Shown: positions 18,813 to 28,524 of the stretch, piece after piece | How the letters are laid out: every line of letters begins with the position of its first letter | How positions within the stretch are numbered: the first letter of the stretch is position 1 | Virus record (IMG/VR): IMGVR_UViG_3300033142_001318 | Coordinates: 1-52,218 of that record | DNA from: a virus | Taxonomy: Duplodnaviria; Caudoviricetes | Length of the DNA stretch: 52,218 nt | Reading direction: 5' to 3' (one strand) | Position numbers and translations under genes: made by a program | Notes under the pieces: generated by a model | The model's database searches: none | The model's input: the letters and a program-made list of their open reading frames with translations, nothing else | Told to the model about the DNA's origin: nothing

Positions 18813-19097
18813 ATGGGAAATAAAATTTACGTAGGTGATATCGGGACCGTTATTACCCTTGATACAAATGAAGATATTTCGTCTGCCACGACCACCGAAA
18901 TTAGAGTTAAGAAAGGTGATGGTACGACAACAACGTGGACGGGTGAATTATCTGGTTCCGATAGTGTGACATATACGATTGTGGACGGTGATTTTAGCTG
19001 TTCAGGTGTATATAAAGTACAGGTATACATTGTAATGACGAGTTGGTCCGGTCTGGGCGAAACGGCAGAATTTCAGGTATATGATGTATTTGAATAG
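18813..19097 (+). CDS. BppU-N-like Ig-fold structural protein
   Basis: GDIGT.I...DISSAT...V.K.DG...V.YT...GD....G.Y..QV pattern. Confidence 0.6.
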   Translation: MGNKIYVGDIGTVITLDTNEDISSATTTEIRVKKGDGTTTTWTGELSGSDSVTYTIVDGDFSCSGVYKVQVYIVMTSWSGLGETAEFQVYDVFE

Positions 19098-19126
19098 AAA
19101 TTTAAATATAATGGAGGAATAATAAT

Positions 19127-19747
19127 ATGGCAGCAACAGTAACAATATATGAAGCGAACGGTGGATCAGATGGTGCGCCGGGATCAAAGACCCGTGTAGA
19201 CGGACAGAATTTAGGTAATGGTGTAGATGTAGATGTAAGGTTTTGTACAGAGGATGCATACAATGATGTGGCAGCACATCCATGTATCATACCGGCGGCA
19301 GGGAGTAATTATTCGTATTGGAAACATCTATATCTGAATATAGCCACAGGTACGGGTTTCACGACAGTCAATAATATCAGGTTTTACACCGACGGTACGG
19401 TAGGATGGACTTGTGGAACCGGTGGGGGATTGTATGTAGGTCTCCGTGATACTGGTGATAATGGTGCTCCGATGGACGCGAGTTATGAAATCGCGACGGG
19501 TGTATCAGGTACAAGCGGACATGCTATCGATGATGTGACGAACGGTCATACATATTATAAAGATCAGACACCGGCAACCGCACTCGCGAGTAACTATACA
19601 TCAGGTGCAAGTCTGTTGATAGACAGTGCGGATTATAGTGTTGCGGACGAGTCTGATGCCGTCGTACTTAATGTCAAGATTGCTACAGACGCAACACAGG
19701 GTACACAAGCGGCAGAGACACTTACATTCCTATATGATGAGATTTAG
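19127..19747 (+). CDS. Putative virion structural protein
   Basis: GGAGG RBS; NYSYWK motif; ends ETLTFLYDEI. Confidence 0.6.
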   Translation: MAATVTIYEANGGSDGAPGSKTRVDGQNLGNGVDVDVRFCTEDAYNDVAAHPCIIPAAGSNYSYWKHLYLNIATGTGFTTVNNIRFYTDGTVGWTCGTGGGLYVGLRDTGDNGAPMDASYEIATGVSGTSGHAIDDVTNGHTYYKDQTPATALASNYTSGASLLIDSADYSVADESDAVVLNVKIATDATQGTQAAETLTFLYDEI

Positions 19748-19811
19748 ATGACCAAAAGGTTTATATACTATTAGTACCAATGTCATATTACATAGTAGGA
19801 AATACTATGTA
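19748..19811 (+). promoter_or_regulatory. BRE-TATA promoter with a downstream inverted repeat
   Basis: atgaccaaaaggtttatata is identical to 8926-8945; tacatagta-ggaaa-tactatgta at 19789-19811. Confidence 0.65.
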
Positions 19812-19834
19812 TAATATTTAGAAGGTTAAACAAA

Positions 19835-20176
19835 ATGAACCCCCCACTTAAATACTATTGGATTGTAACATACACAGACGGTACAGAACTATCACAATTT
19901 GAGGATACCGGGAAAGAGAATATGTGGAAAGAAGTACGACAAGATGATGTAATTCGTGTTTCATGGCGTCAATTTTCACGTAAGATGGCAAAACGTATTG
20001 AGACACCGGTGAAATGGGTATTATTCCCAACCAGTCACACATTAGATTATAAACCTGGAGAGAAAATAATTATATGCCGAAGGAATCATATTGACTTTAG
20101 TACTGGGAATGGTGAAAAAGGTAGACGTACCGAATATATACTCGGAAAAGATAAAGAAGAAATTATAAAATTATGA
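19835..20176 (+). CDS. Hypothetical protein
   Basis: W...Y.DGT.LSQF...G.E pattern; lies behind its own promoter. Confidence 0.6.
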   Translation: MNPPLKYYWIVTYTDGTELSQFEDTGKENMWKEVRQDDVIRVSWRQFSRKMAKRIETPVKWVLFPTSHTLDYKPGEKIIICRRNHIDFSTGNGEKGRRTEYILGKDKEEIIKL

Positions 20177-20188
20177 ATGGAGTAATAT

Positions 20189-21886
20189 ATGGTATTTAAA
20201 TTTGAGAATAATGCGTCATCTAGTGTGAATAATACTCCACTCTCTGCCGGTGATCTTACACTGAACCTCCCGGCAGGTGAGGGGGCTAATTTTCCGACGG
20301 TTGGTAATTTTAGATTGACAATCTGGAATGCCACTGTGTACGCTAATCCTGGTGATGATTCCGAAATGGAAATCGTGGAGTGCACATCTCGTACAGATGA
20401 TGTACTCACGATCATCAGAGCACGGGAAGGAACATCGGATGTAGAACATGCACATGGACGTAAAGTAGCATTATTATTAACTTCTGGGGTGTTCAATGAT
20501 CCGACACAAGGTATCTATAATACGTTTGTCGAAGATTCCGACTTCAATGAACAAACTATCCTCGTGGCAGTAACAGATGACACACCAGTAGCCGTAACAG
20601 TCGATGAAGATACCATCGTCGGTAGGATCACGGCAGGAAACGTATCCGCACTTTCTCCGAGTGATGCAAGGACTATCCTCAACATTGAGGATGGTGCAGA
20701 TGTGACGGATGCCGTTAATGTGGATGATGCCGGTGCCATTATGGATACCGACATCGTTGAAGATGAAGGTTTTGTCCGGAAGACCGGATCGGAGACTTAT
20801 GAAGCCATAAAATCAAACCTGAATGCATCTACAGTACCAACAGTAGATGAAGATTCAGGTGATGGTTATGCTGTAGGTAGTCGTTGGATTGACACGAGTG
20901 GAAACGCTGAATATGTATGTATAGATGCATCTTCTGGTGCAGCGGTATGGATGAATACGACCATATCTACAAATACTACACAAGGTCTCACAGATTTATT
21001 TAGGCATTATTGTTCACAGGTCTATGGATGGTGTGGTGGTGGTAGTACGGGTGCAAATTCCGACGTTATAGACAGAATAACACTTACTGCCGATACGACC
21101 AATGCAATCGATAGATGTAATCTATCTATTGCACGGTATGGTGTGAGTTCTTTCACAAATAATGTTTATGGTTGGTTTGGTGGTGGTGATGATGGTTCAA
21201 TTTCCGATACGGTAGATCGGATTACAATAGAGGTGGATACAACTAATGCCTCTGATAGGTGTAGTTTATCTTCATCTAGAAGATATCTCAGTGCATTCAC
21301 AGATAATATACATGGATGGTTCTGTGGTGGGTATGGAACTACTTATTCTAATGTGATAGATAGTATAACTCTAGCTTCAGATACCAATAATGCTGATGAT
21401 AAGTGTGATTTGAGTGTTGCAAGATATGGAATAGGGTGTTTTACTGACAATACTTATGGATTCTTTGGTGGGGGTGACACAGGTGCAATTTCTGATGTTA
21501 TAGATAGAATGACTCTAAGTGATGATATCATAAATGCAATAGATCGTTCTAATTTATCATCGGCACGGAGAAATCTAACGGCATTTACGGACTATATTTC
21601 TGGTTGGTTCTGTGGTGGATATACAACTTCAAACTCTGATATAGTAGATAAGATAGATTTAGCAATTGATATGAATAATGCTGTGGATCGTTGTAATATA
21701 AGTGTTGCAAGATATGCACCATGTTCATTTTCGGATCACTCATACGGGTGGATTTGTGGTGGTTATACTACCGAGGAATCTGATATAGTGGATAGAATTA
21801 CAGTAGCAAACGATACGGTAAATGCTGTAGATAGATGTGATTTAACCGTAGCGAGACATGGATTATCCGGATTTACAGGTAAATAA
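20189..21886 (+). CDS. Tail fibre / receptor-binding protein with a C-terminal six-repeat kelch-like beta-propeller
   Basis: N-terminal EIV.CT.R..D.LTI.RA.EGT fibre-attachment motif; six GWxGGG..DRI....D..NA.DRC.L..AR repeats. Confidence 0.75.
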   Translation: MVFKFENNASSSVNNTPLSAGDLTLNLPAGEGANFPTVGNFRLTIWNATVYANPGDDSEMEIVECTSRTDDVLTIIRAREGTSDVEHAHGRKVALLLTSGVFNDPTQGIYNTFVEDSDFNEQTILVAVTDDTPVAVTVDEDTIVGRITAGNVSALSPSDARTILNIEDGADVTDAVNVDDAGAIMDTDIVEDEGFVRKTGSETYEAIKSNLNASTVPTVDEDSGDGYAVGSRWIDTSGNAEYVCIDASSGAAVWMNTTISTNTTQGLTDLFRHYCSQVYGWCGGGSTGANSDVIDRITLTADTTNAIDRCNLSIARYGVSSFTNNVYGWFGGGDDGSISDTVDRITIEVDTTNASDRCSLSSSRRYLSAFTDNIHGWFCGGYGTTYSNVIDSITLASDTNNADDKCDLSVARYGIGCFTDNTYGFFGGGDTGAISDVIDRMTLSDDIINAIDRSNLSSARRNLTAFTDYISGWFCGGYTTSNSDIVDKIDLAIDMNNAVDRCNISVARYAPCSFSDHSYGWICGGYTTEESDIVDRITVANDTVNAVDRCDLTVARHGLSGFTGK

Positions 21887-21887
21887 T

Positions 21888-22541
21888 ATGACAAATATAG
21901 ATATAGAAAACTATGAAACTTATCATAGTAATTTAAAAGAACAATTTCATGAATTTGCACAGAGAAAATCAGACTTTCAAGTCGAAAAGTTTACAGCGTG
22001 TTCTGATGGTACGATACCATCACATCAATATCGGCATACACTTGTCCAGATTCGTGTTGCACTTACTGAACTAAAAAGGCGGATTGTTGATCGAGAACGT
22101 CAAATCCGGGTTCGGGATCGTGCAATAGAAAATAAATCTGAAGACTGGGATTTAGATGTAGCAGGAGCGGAGACTGAAATTGAATCTCTCACCTATGATA
22201 TTGAATCAAAACTTATTGAGGTTAACGGTTACGCTGCAATTTTGGAACAACTTGAGAAAGAAAATGGTAAACCCTTTACGAATGCCGACTTTCAGGCGGA
22301 TGAACCAGAATATTGGAAACGTAGATTTGCTAGACAAATGCATGATTCCGTAATAGACAGACAGACCGGGTGTGGTCAAGGTAACCTTATTGCACTTCGT
22401 GAAGCATGTATAGATCCAATAATTCCTGGATCTCCGAATCAATTGGAGGTACTACCTATGGATGTTAGAGTTTTGGCATTAATAGCAGAAGGTGTCGATC
22501 TAAAAATGCTTGAGGAAGGCGAAGAGGAAGATGGTATATAA
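21888..22541 (+). CDS. Coiled-coil protein, likely partner/chaperone of the propeller fibre
   Basis: Start reassigned to ATG 21888; coiled coil followed by EPEYWKRRFARQ. Confidence 0.6.
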   Translation: MTNIDIENYETYHSNLKEQFHEFAQRKSDFQVEKFTACSDGTIPSHQYRHTLVQIRVALTELKRRIVDRERQIRVRDRAIENKSEDWDLDVAGAETEIESLTYDIESKLIEVNGYAAILEQLEKENGKPFTNADFQADEPEYWKRRFARQMHDSVIDRQTGCGQGNLIALREACIDPIIPGSPNQLEVLPMDVRVLALIAEGVDLKMLEEGEEEDGI

Positions 22542-23502
22542 GAGATATACATCAAAATATGTCTCAGATATGTTACGGGTGTGTCGAGCAAATAGATTTG
22601 TTGGTGTAATTATGTTACCTGTTGATGTTATTGTCTATGGAAACTTTTATGGTTGGTTTGGTGGAGGAACAACTGGAGCATATCACGATATCATTGATCG
22701 TATTACCCTTACAGATGATACAACAAATGCAATAGATAGATGTGATTTGACAGTGGGAAGATCACATCTTGCAGCATTCGCAGACAATACGTATGGTTGG
22801 TTCGGTGGTGGAACAATTGGAGCATATCTTAATATCGTTGATCGTATTATCCTTGCAAATGATACAGCAAATGCAATAGATAGATGTGATCTGAGTACAT
22901 CGAGATATGGTCTTGCAGCATTCACAGACGATACTTATGGTTGGTTCGGTGGTGGAGTAGTAGCGAATAATGTTGATCGTATTATCCTTGCAAATGATAC
23001 CGTAAATGCAATAGATAGATGTGATCTGATTGGATATAGATATAATATTGCAGCATTCACAGACAATACGTATGGTTGGTTCGGTGGTGGTATTATTTAT
23101 GCTGGTACTGCAAAATATGATGTAATAGATCGTATTACCCTTGCAGATGATACCACAAATGCAATAGATAGATGTGATTTGACAGTGGCAAGAGATGGTC
23201 TTGCAGCATTCACAGATTTAACTTACGGGTGGTTTGGTGGTGGTCTTGCAGCAGTATATAGGACCAAATGTGTTGATCGTATTACCCTTGCAAATGATAC
23301 CGTAAATGCAATATATAGATGTGATCGGAGTATAGCGAGGGAGGGAGTTGCCGCATTCACAGATGATACTTATGGTTGGTTTGGTGGTGGAAATGGGGAT
23401 GATGATACCATTGATCGTATTACCCTTGCAGATGATACCACAAATGCAATAGATAGATGTAATCTGACTGTAGGAAGAGAAGCAACAGCAGCATTCCATT
23501 AG
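22531..23502 (+). CDS. Kelch-like beta-propeller paralogue 2
   Basis: Six YGWFGGG...DRITLADDTTNAIDRCDL repeats; start at ATG 22531. Confidence 0.8.
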   Translation: MVYKRYTSKYVSDMLRVCRANRFVGVIMLPVDVIVYGNFYGWFGGGTTGAYHDIIDRITLTDDTTNAIDRCDLTVGRSHLAAFADNTYGWFGGGTIGAYLNIVDRIILANDTANAIDRCDLSTSRYGLAAFTDDTYGWFGGGVVANNVDRIILANDTVNAIDRCDLIGYRYNIAAFTDNTYGWFGGGIIYAGTAKYDVIDRITLADDTTNAIDRCDLTVARDGLAAFTDLTYGWFGGGLAAVYRTKCVDRITLANDTVNAIYRCDRSIAREGVAAFTDDTYGWFGGGNGDDDTIDRITLADDTTNAIDRCNLTVGREATAAFH

Positions 23503-23516
23503 GAAATGTATAAAAT

Positions 23517-23627
23517 ATGAATAAAATCACAATCGATAAGATGAAGTCCCGGTTTAGTGAGTTCATTCAAAGAAAGTCCGATTTTCAGATTAAGAAGTTT
23601 GTTGGATGGAGTATAAATGGTATTTAG
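23517..23627 (+). pseudogene. Truncated copy of the 21888-22541 gene
   Basis: MKSRFSEFIQRKSDFQIKKF compared with LKEQFHEFAQRKSDFQVEKF. Confidence 0.7.
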
Positions 23628-24648
23628 AAAATTAACCCCGGCACGGGTATATGAGTTGTATTATGCCGGATATTATAGTCCTACTGTATTATTATCTGTG
23701 AATCTTATACTTGAGAAATATTGGGGTACCTCTTTTCTAACAGTGGATATGATGGTGAGGTTGCCACCTGGTATTTATGGTTGGTTTACCGGAGGGTATA
23801 TAGGTAGTGGTACAATCGTGAATATAATAGATCGTATAACGTTAGCTGATGATACAACTAATGCAATCGACAGATGTGATCTAACTACTGAAAAATCGTC
23901 GATGGCAGATTTTACAAATGGTATTCATGGTTGGATAGGTGGTGGAAATATTTCTAGTGGTATTTCAGATACGGTAGAGAGGATAACGTTAACTGATGAT
24001 ACAACTAATGCAATCGACAGATGTAATTTAGTGGCATCTCGTAGTGCGTTAGCAGGTGTTACAGATAATATCCATGGTTGGTTTGCTGGTGGTGATTATG
24101 GTTTACCGTGTGATATAGTAGATCGTATTACATTAGCAGATGATACGACTGATGCACTTGATAGATGTAACTTGAGTACTGGCAGATGGGCATTAGCAGG
24201 CTTTACAGATTCTACTCATGGGTGGTTCATGGGCGGAGTGGGATACCAACCGGAGGATATAGTAGATCGAATAACATTTGCAGATGATACAACTAATGCG
24301 ATTGATAGATGCAATTTAACTATACAAAAATATTGGCACGCCGCCTTTGCAGATTCAACTTATGGGTGGTCTGTTGGTGGGATGGGGATGGCTGGTGTAG
24401 TTGATATAATAGATCGTATAATGTTAGCTGATGATACAACTAATGCAATCGACAGATGTGATCTAACTATTGCTCGATATGGCACTTCCGCTTTTACAGA
24501 TTTAACTTACGGGTGGTTTGGTGGTGGATACGCTACAATATCCTACGATATAGTAGATCGAATTACATTAGCAGATGATACGACTAATGCTATCGATAGA
24601 TGTGATTTAACTGTTGGAAGATCAAGATTAGCAGGATTCACGGGGTAA
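23617..24648 (+). CDS. Kelch-like beta-propeller paralogue 3
   Basis: Six repeats of the same family. Confidence 0.8.
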   Translation: MVFRKLTPARVYELYYAGYYSPTVLLSVNLILEKYWGTSFLTVDMMVRLPPGIYGWFTGGYIGSGTIVNIIDRITLADDTTNAIDRCDLTTEKSSMADFTNGIHGWIGGGNISSGISDTVERITLTDDTTNAIDRCNLVASRSALAGVTDNIHGWFAGGDYGLPCDIVDRITLADDTTDALDRCNLSTGRWALAGFTDSTHGWFMGGVGYQPEDIVDRITFADDTTNAIDRCNLTIQKYWHAAFADSTYGWSVGGMGMAGVVDIIDRIMLADDTTNAIDRCDLTIARYGTSAFTDLTYGWFGGGYATISYDIVDRITLADDTTNAIDRCDLTVGRSRLAGFTG

Positions 24649-24650
24649 TC

Positions 24651-25595
24651 ATGGTATATAGAAAATTAACACTATATCAAATGTGTGGGATGTTTGGGAA
24701 TGGTGAAATGGTAGAAAATTACTATGGTTGGTTTTGTGGTGGTACAACTGGATCACCGTCCAGTACAGTAGACCGAATCACATTAGCAGACGATACCGCA
24801 GCTGCAATAGATAGATGTACGATATCTGTTGCGAGGTATCAAGTCTCTGGTTTCACAGATTTGGTACACGGTTGGATAGCCGGAGGTATAAGTGAGGGTG
24901 GATCTCATTCTAACATAATAGATCGGATCGAATTAGCACAGGATACTACAAACGCTATAGATAGATGTAATTTATCTCTTGGGAGATATGGCACTTCCGC
25001 TTTTACAGATTTAACTTACGGGTGGTTTGGTGCTGGATTCGCTACAATATACTACGATATAGTAGATCGAATTACATTAGCAGATGATACAACGGATGCA
25101 ATAGATAGATGTAATCTAACTACCGCAAGAAGATATGCTAGCGCATTCTGTGATGATACGTATGGTTGGTTCGGTGGCGGATATAATGGTTCTATATTAG
25201 GTGTGATAGATCGTATTACATTAGCAGATGATACGACTGATGCACTTGATAGATGTGATTTGAATGTACCGAGGTACGGTTTAACGGGTTTTACAGATGA
25301 TATCTATGGTTGGTTTGCTGGTGGTGATTATGGTCTACCGTGTGATATAGTAGATCGGATGACATTAGCAGATGATACGAATAATGCTATCGATAGATGT
25401 GATCTGAGTACGATTAGATATCACATGACGTCATTCACGGATCTGAATTATGGTTGGTTCGGTGGCGGATATTGGAGTACATATTCTGATACTGTGGATA
25501 GAATCACGTTGAATAACGATACCGTGAATGCAATGGATAGATGTGATCTAACTGTCGCGAGATATGGACTTACTGGATTTGCAAATCGGGAGTAA
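24651..25595 (+). CDS. Kelch-like beta-propeller paralogue 4
   Basis: Six repeats of the same family. Confidence 0.8.
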   Translation: MVYRKLTLYQMCGMFGNGEMVENYYGWFCGGTTGSPSSTVDRITLADDTAAAIDRCTISVARYQVSGFTDLVHGWIAGGISEGGSHSNIIDRIELAQDTTNAIDRCNLSLGRYGTSAFTDLTYGWFGAGFATIYYDIVDRITLADDTTDAIDRCNLTTARRYASAFCDDTYGWFGGGYNGSILGVIDRITLADDTTDALDRCDLNVPRYGLTGFTDDIYGWFAGGDYGLPCDIVDRMTLADDTNNAIDRCDLSTIRYHMTSFTDLNYGWFGGGYWSTYSDTVDRITLNNDTVNAMDRCDLTVARYGLTGFANRE

Positions 25596-25598
25596 TAA

Positions 25599-26303
25599 AT
25601 GAATACATCAGAATTGAATACAACAGAATTAAATACACCCGGTGTCGAAGGTGTAAAATCTAAGGGTATAACAGTAGATGTTAAATTAGTATTACTCTTG
25701 GGCGTAAGTGTTGTATCTGATGTGATAATAAAATTGACAGGGGCGGATATATCTACAAATATCGATATAATCATAAAGAAATTACGTTTATTATTACATG
25801 TGAATACGGATATGATAATGATGTCACGGAGTTATATATATCCAACTATAGATACACTAATTAGAAAGAGTATAGATAAATCATTAATTATAGATGTATT
25901 AATAAGATTAAACGACACTGTGAAGGATATTACTACTGATGTAAATATATTTAGTCGTGGTTATGAAAATTTCAGCGTAGATGTAGTTATAGGGAGAAGA
26001 TACGATATAATAATACAAACATCATCAGATATACTTATGAAGATGCTTAATCAATTAACTACATTGACAAGTGATGTCTTTATATTTGCAAGACATGTGA
26101 CGAGTATAACTACAGATGTGATGATGAAAAAGTTTGGTGATATTGTATATACAAATGCAGATATTATAATAGGCATGGGAGGTATGATACACGGAGATCC
26201 TACATTTGTAGATCCGAGGGATTCAAACATAGATACGGTAGATATGATTCATGGAACTCCAACGTTTGTAGATCCGATGGATACAGATATCGAATATATA
26301 TAA
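25599..26303 (+). CDS. Degenerate 14/15-aa repeat fibre protein (related to 17134-18801)
   Basis: [ST]DxxI periodicity; C-terminal duplicated MIHGxPTFVDPxD. Confidence 0.65.
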   Translation: MNTSELNTTELNTPGVEGVKSKGITVDVKLVLLLGVSVVSDVIIKLTGADISTNIDIIIKKLRLLLHVNTDMIMMSRSYIYPTIDTLIRKSIDKSLIIDVLIRLNDTVKDITTDVNIFSRGYENFSVDVVIGRRYDIIIQTSSDILMKMLNQLTTLTSDVFIFARHVTSITTDVMMKKFGDIVYTNADIIIGMGGMIHGDPTFVDPRDSNIDTVDMIHGTPTFVDPMDTDIEYI

Positions 26304-26316
26304 GAGGTTATAAAAT

Positions 26317-27267
26317 ATGGTAAATATTTCAGATAATATAAAGGAATGGGATCGTAATGAGACTATCCGGGTGACTAATACATTTAGAGATGAGAACGAT
26401 GAATTATATAATCCGGATACTATAGAATTACATATATATGATCCCAGAGATGCTTTATACTTAGTCGTAAATACTACTGATGGAGATATTGGAAAATTAT
26501 CTCTCGGTGTTTGGGCTTATGATTTTGACATTCCAGCAGATGGTGCTACGGGTTGGTGGATTGTAAAATGGACGGCTATGGTAACAGGTAGTCAGAATGA
26601 TGTTACAAAGGCACAATTTAAGGTTCGTGATCCTGAGCGGAAACTCTACACAGAACCCGAGTATGTGTATAGTCGTGCCGGACAGGATGAGAATTTCGTT
26701 AGTAGGAATGACGTTGGTTATTTTATAACGGAAGCAATGAAAGAAGTGGATGATTTAATGGGTAAGGTTTTCGATTATTCAACAAAGGTAACGGAATGGT
26801 TTGATACTACACAACCAAACCCCAATACGAAGGTTACGAAGTTATTTTTACGGTTTACACCGATGCGGACAGTGACGTCTGTGGAAGAATATGATACGTA
26901 CGGTGATTTAGAGAAGACTTACACAGATAGTGATTACTATGTAGATTTGGACACCGGGATGTTAGGACTTCGTACGTTAGATTTCGGTCATCAGGAACGC
27001 CGGGTCAAGGTCGTTTATAATTACGGATTTGATACCGTTCCTGCTGATATACAGCAATTAACGACTGTCATAGCGGCTATAAAAGTGTATTTAAATCACA
27101 TAGGAAACTCGGTTGATGATGTAACGTCATTTAGTGCTTGTGGAATTAGTATGGGTGTCGGAGAACCATATACTGCTTCAGAAAGAGCGTTACAAGATCT
27201 TACAAAGGAAATGACACGAATTATAGGTTCCATTGGACGTGTTCGTCAATCAATTTTTATAGTATGA
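26317..27267 (+). CDS. Head-tail adaptor with N-terminal Ig-like domain
   Basis: C-terminal L...P...VTSV...DYYVD...G.L...VKVVYNYGF..VPADI pattern. Confidence 0.7.
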   Translation: MVNISDNIKEWDRNETIRVTNTFRDENDELYNPDTIELHIYDPRDALYLVVNTTDGDIGKLSLGVWAYDFDIPADGATGWWIVKWTAMVTGSQNDVTKAQFKVRDPERKLYTEPEYVYSRAGQDENFVSRNDVGYFITEAMKEVDDLMGKVFDYSTKVTEWFDTTQPNPNTKVTKLFLRFTPMRTVTSVEEYDTYGDLEKTYTDSDYYVDLDTGMLGLRTLDFGHQERRVKVVYNYGFDTVPADIQQLTTVIAAIKVYLNHIGNSVDDVTSFSACGISMGVGEPYTASERALQDLTKEMTRIIGSIGRVRQSIFIV

Positions 27268-27289
27268 AATTTAATAATGGTAAAGTATA

Positions 27290-27688
27290 ATGGCACGAAT
27301 AAATTTTGGTCTTACATCTAAGTTCACACAGATGCTCAAAGATTGGGCTGGACGTACAGCAACGAAAATCACCGTAACGGAAACTATAGACGAACAAGGT
27401 AACGTCATCGACCGCTCAGAAGATGAAACCGAAATTACAGCACTAATCGGTAATCCATCTACGAACACATCACTAAATCCTCCCGGAAACTTCCAGACCG
27501 GAGATCTCTGTGCTTACACGAAAGTGGCAGACAATTTTATAGCGTTTGAACAGGTAACGCCGACGACATCTCAATATGACATCGTTCGTTACCAAGGAAC
27601 AACGTATCGTACGGAATTGATAGATTCGATTTACGATGTGGATGAGGAAAGTATCAGGGTTTTCAAACTTAAAAAGATAGCAATATAG
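27290..27688 (+). CDS. Head closure / stopper protein
   Basis: Position, size and the D.QGN...D.V.YQG..YR pattern. Confidence 0.55.
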   Translation: MARINFGLTSKFTQMLKDWAGRTATKITVTETIDEQGNVIDRSEDETEITALIGNPSTNTSLNPPGNFQTGDLCAYTKVADNFIAFEQVTPTTSQYDIVRYQGTTYRTELIDSIYDVDEESIRVFKLKKIAI

Positions 27689-27706
27689 ATAGGTGATTAT
27701 AATTAT

Positions 27707-28411
27707 ATGACAATAGAAATCAAAATAAAAGACTTACGAAAAGCCGAACGTGGTACCCATACAGGACCGGTGCAGGTAACACGTGAAGGAAAGACGTTCG
27801 TACAACAACGTCGGGTTGGTCGAAAGGACACCGGTAAGATAGCATCCCTTCCACAAGAACTTAAAGATGAGATCCTTACTTTGAGAAGACAGAATGATTC
27901 TGGTGCTAAGATCAAGACTGCGATTGAAACTATGATAAAGAATAGAATGGGTAAGTTATCATTAGGTAAGGAATTTGAAGCTAAAAGACATGAATTGACG
28001 AACAAATATGATACGGCAACCAAAGCTGGTGATAAAGAAGAAATGAAGAGATTGTGGTCAGAAATCAAATCAATGACGGATAAAGAAGAGAAATTTACTG
28101 ACTCACCAGAATTCAAATCCGGTGCCGTAACTAAAGATGGTAAACTGACAATTACAGGTCAGGCATTGGTTTCATGGGCACAAAGTAGGGGTGTCACAGG
28201 TAAAACCAGAAAAACTGTGGCACAAGTGGCAGCAGAAAAGGATAAAGAGTGGACGGAACGGTGGAATAAGCTTAATAAAGAGAAGGCAAGACTTGAAATC
28301 GAATTGAAAGAGTCGGAGAATAATGCCAGTGCGCAAAGGACGCAAAAACTCCGAATACAGGATCGGTTAGAAAATTGCCAAAATAGATTATCTCAGGCTA
28401 AGAATAAGTAG
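27707..28411 (+). CDS. Tagged basic helical protein inserted in the neck module
   Basis: MTIEIKIKDLRKAERGTHTGPVQVTREGKTFVQQRRVG, then KIASLPQELKDEI and a coiled coil. Confidence 0.75.
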   Translation: MTIEIKIKDLRKAERGTHTGPVQVTREGKTFVQQRRVGRKDTGKIASLPQELKDEILTLRRQNDSGAKIKTAIETMIKNRMGKLSLGKEFEAKRHELTNKYDTATKAGDKEEMKRLWSEIKSMTDKEEKFTDSPEFKSGAVTKDGKLTITGQALVSWAQSRGVTGKTRKTVAQVAAEKDKEWTERWNKLNKEKARLEIELKESENNASAQRTQKLRIQDRLENCQNRLSQAKNK

Positions 28412-28524
28412 ATTGTATGGAGTTTACCGGGATCTCCTCCAAAACCCGGTATCGGACAAGAGTCTGGTGTGTAAAATGTGCCCAAGTGGGCTTTATTTTT
28501 ATCACGGAGGTGGTATTATTGGAG

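Noticed and set aside
21020-25595. CRISPR-like alternation of conserved and variable DNA
   Set aside because: The units are in-frame coding repeats of about 135-150 bp with synonymous variation; no cas genes or leader are present.
22531-25595. Diversity-generating retroelement acting on the propeller genes
   Set aside because: No reverse transcriptase in the window, and differences between the near-identical blocks I compared are not confined to adenines (g/c, a/t, c/a).
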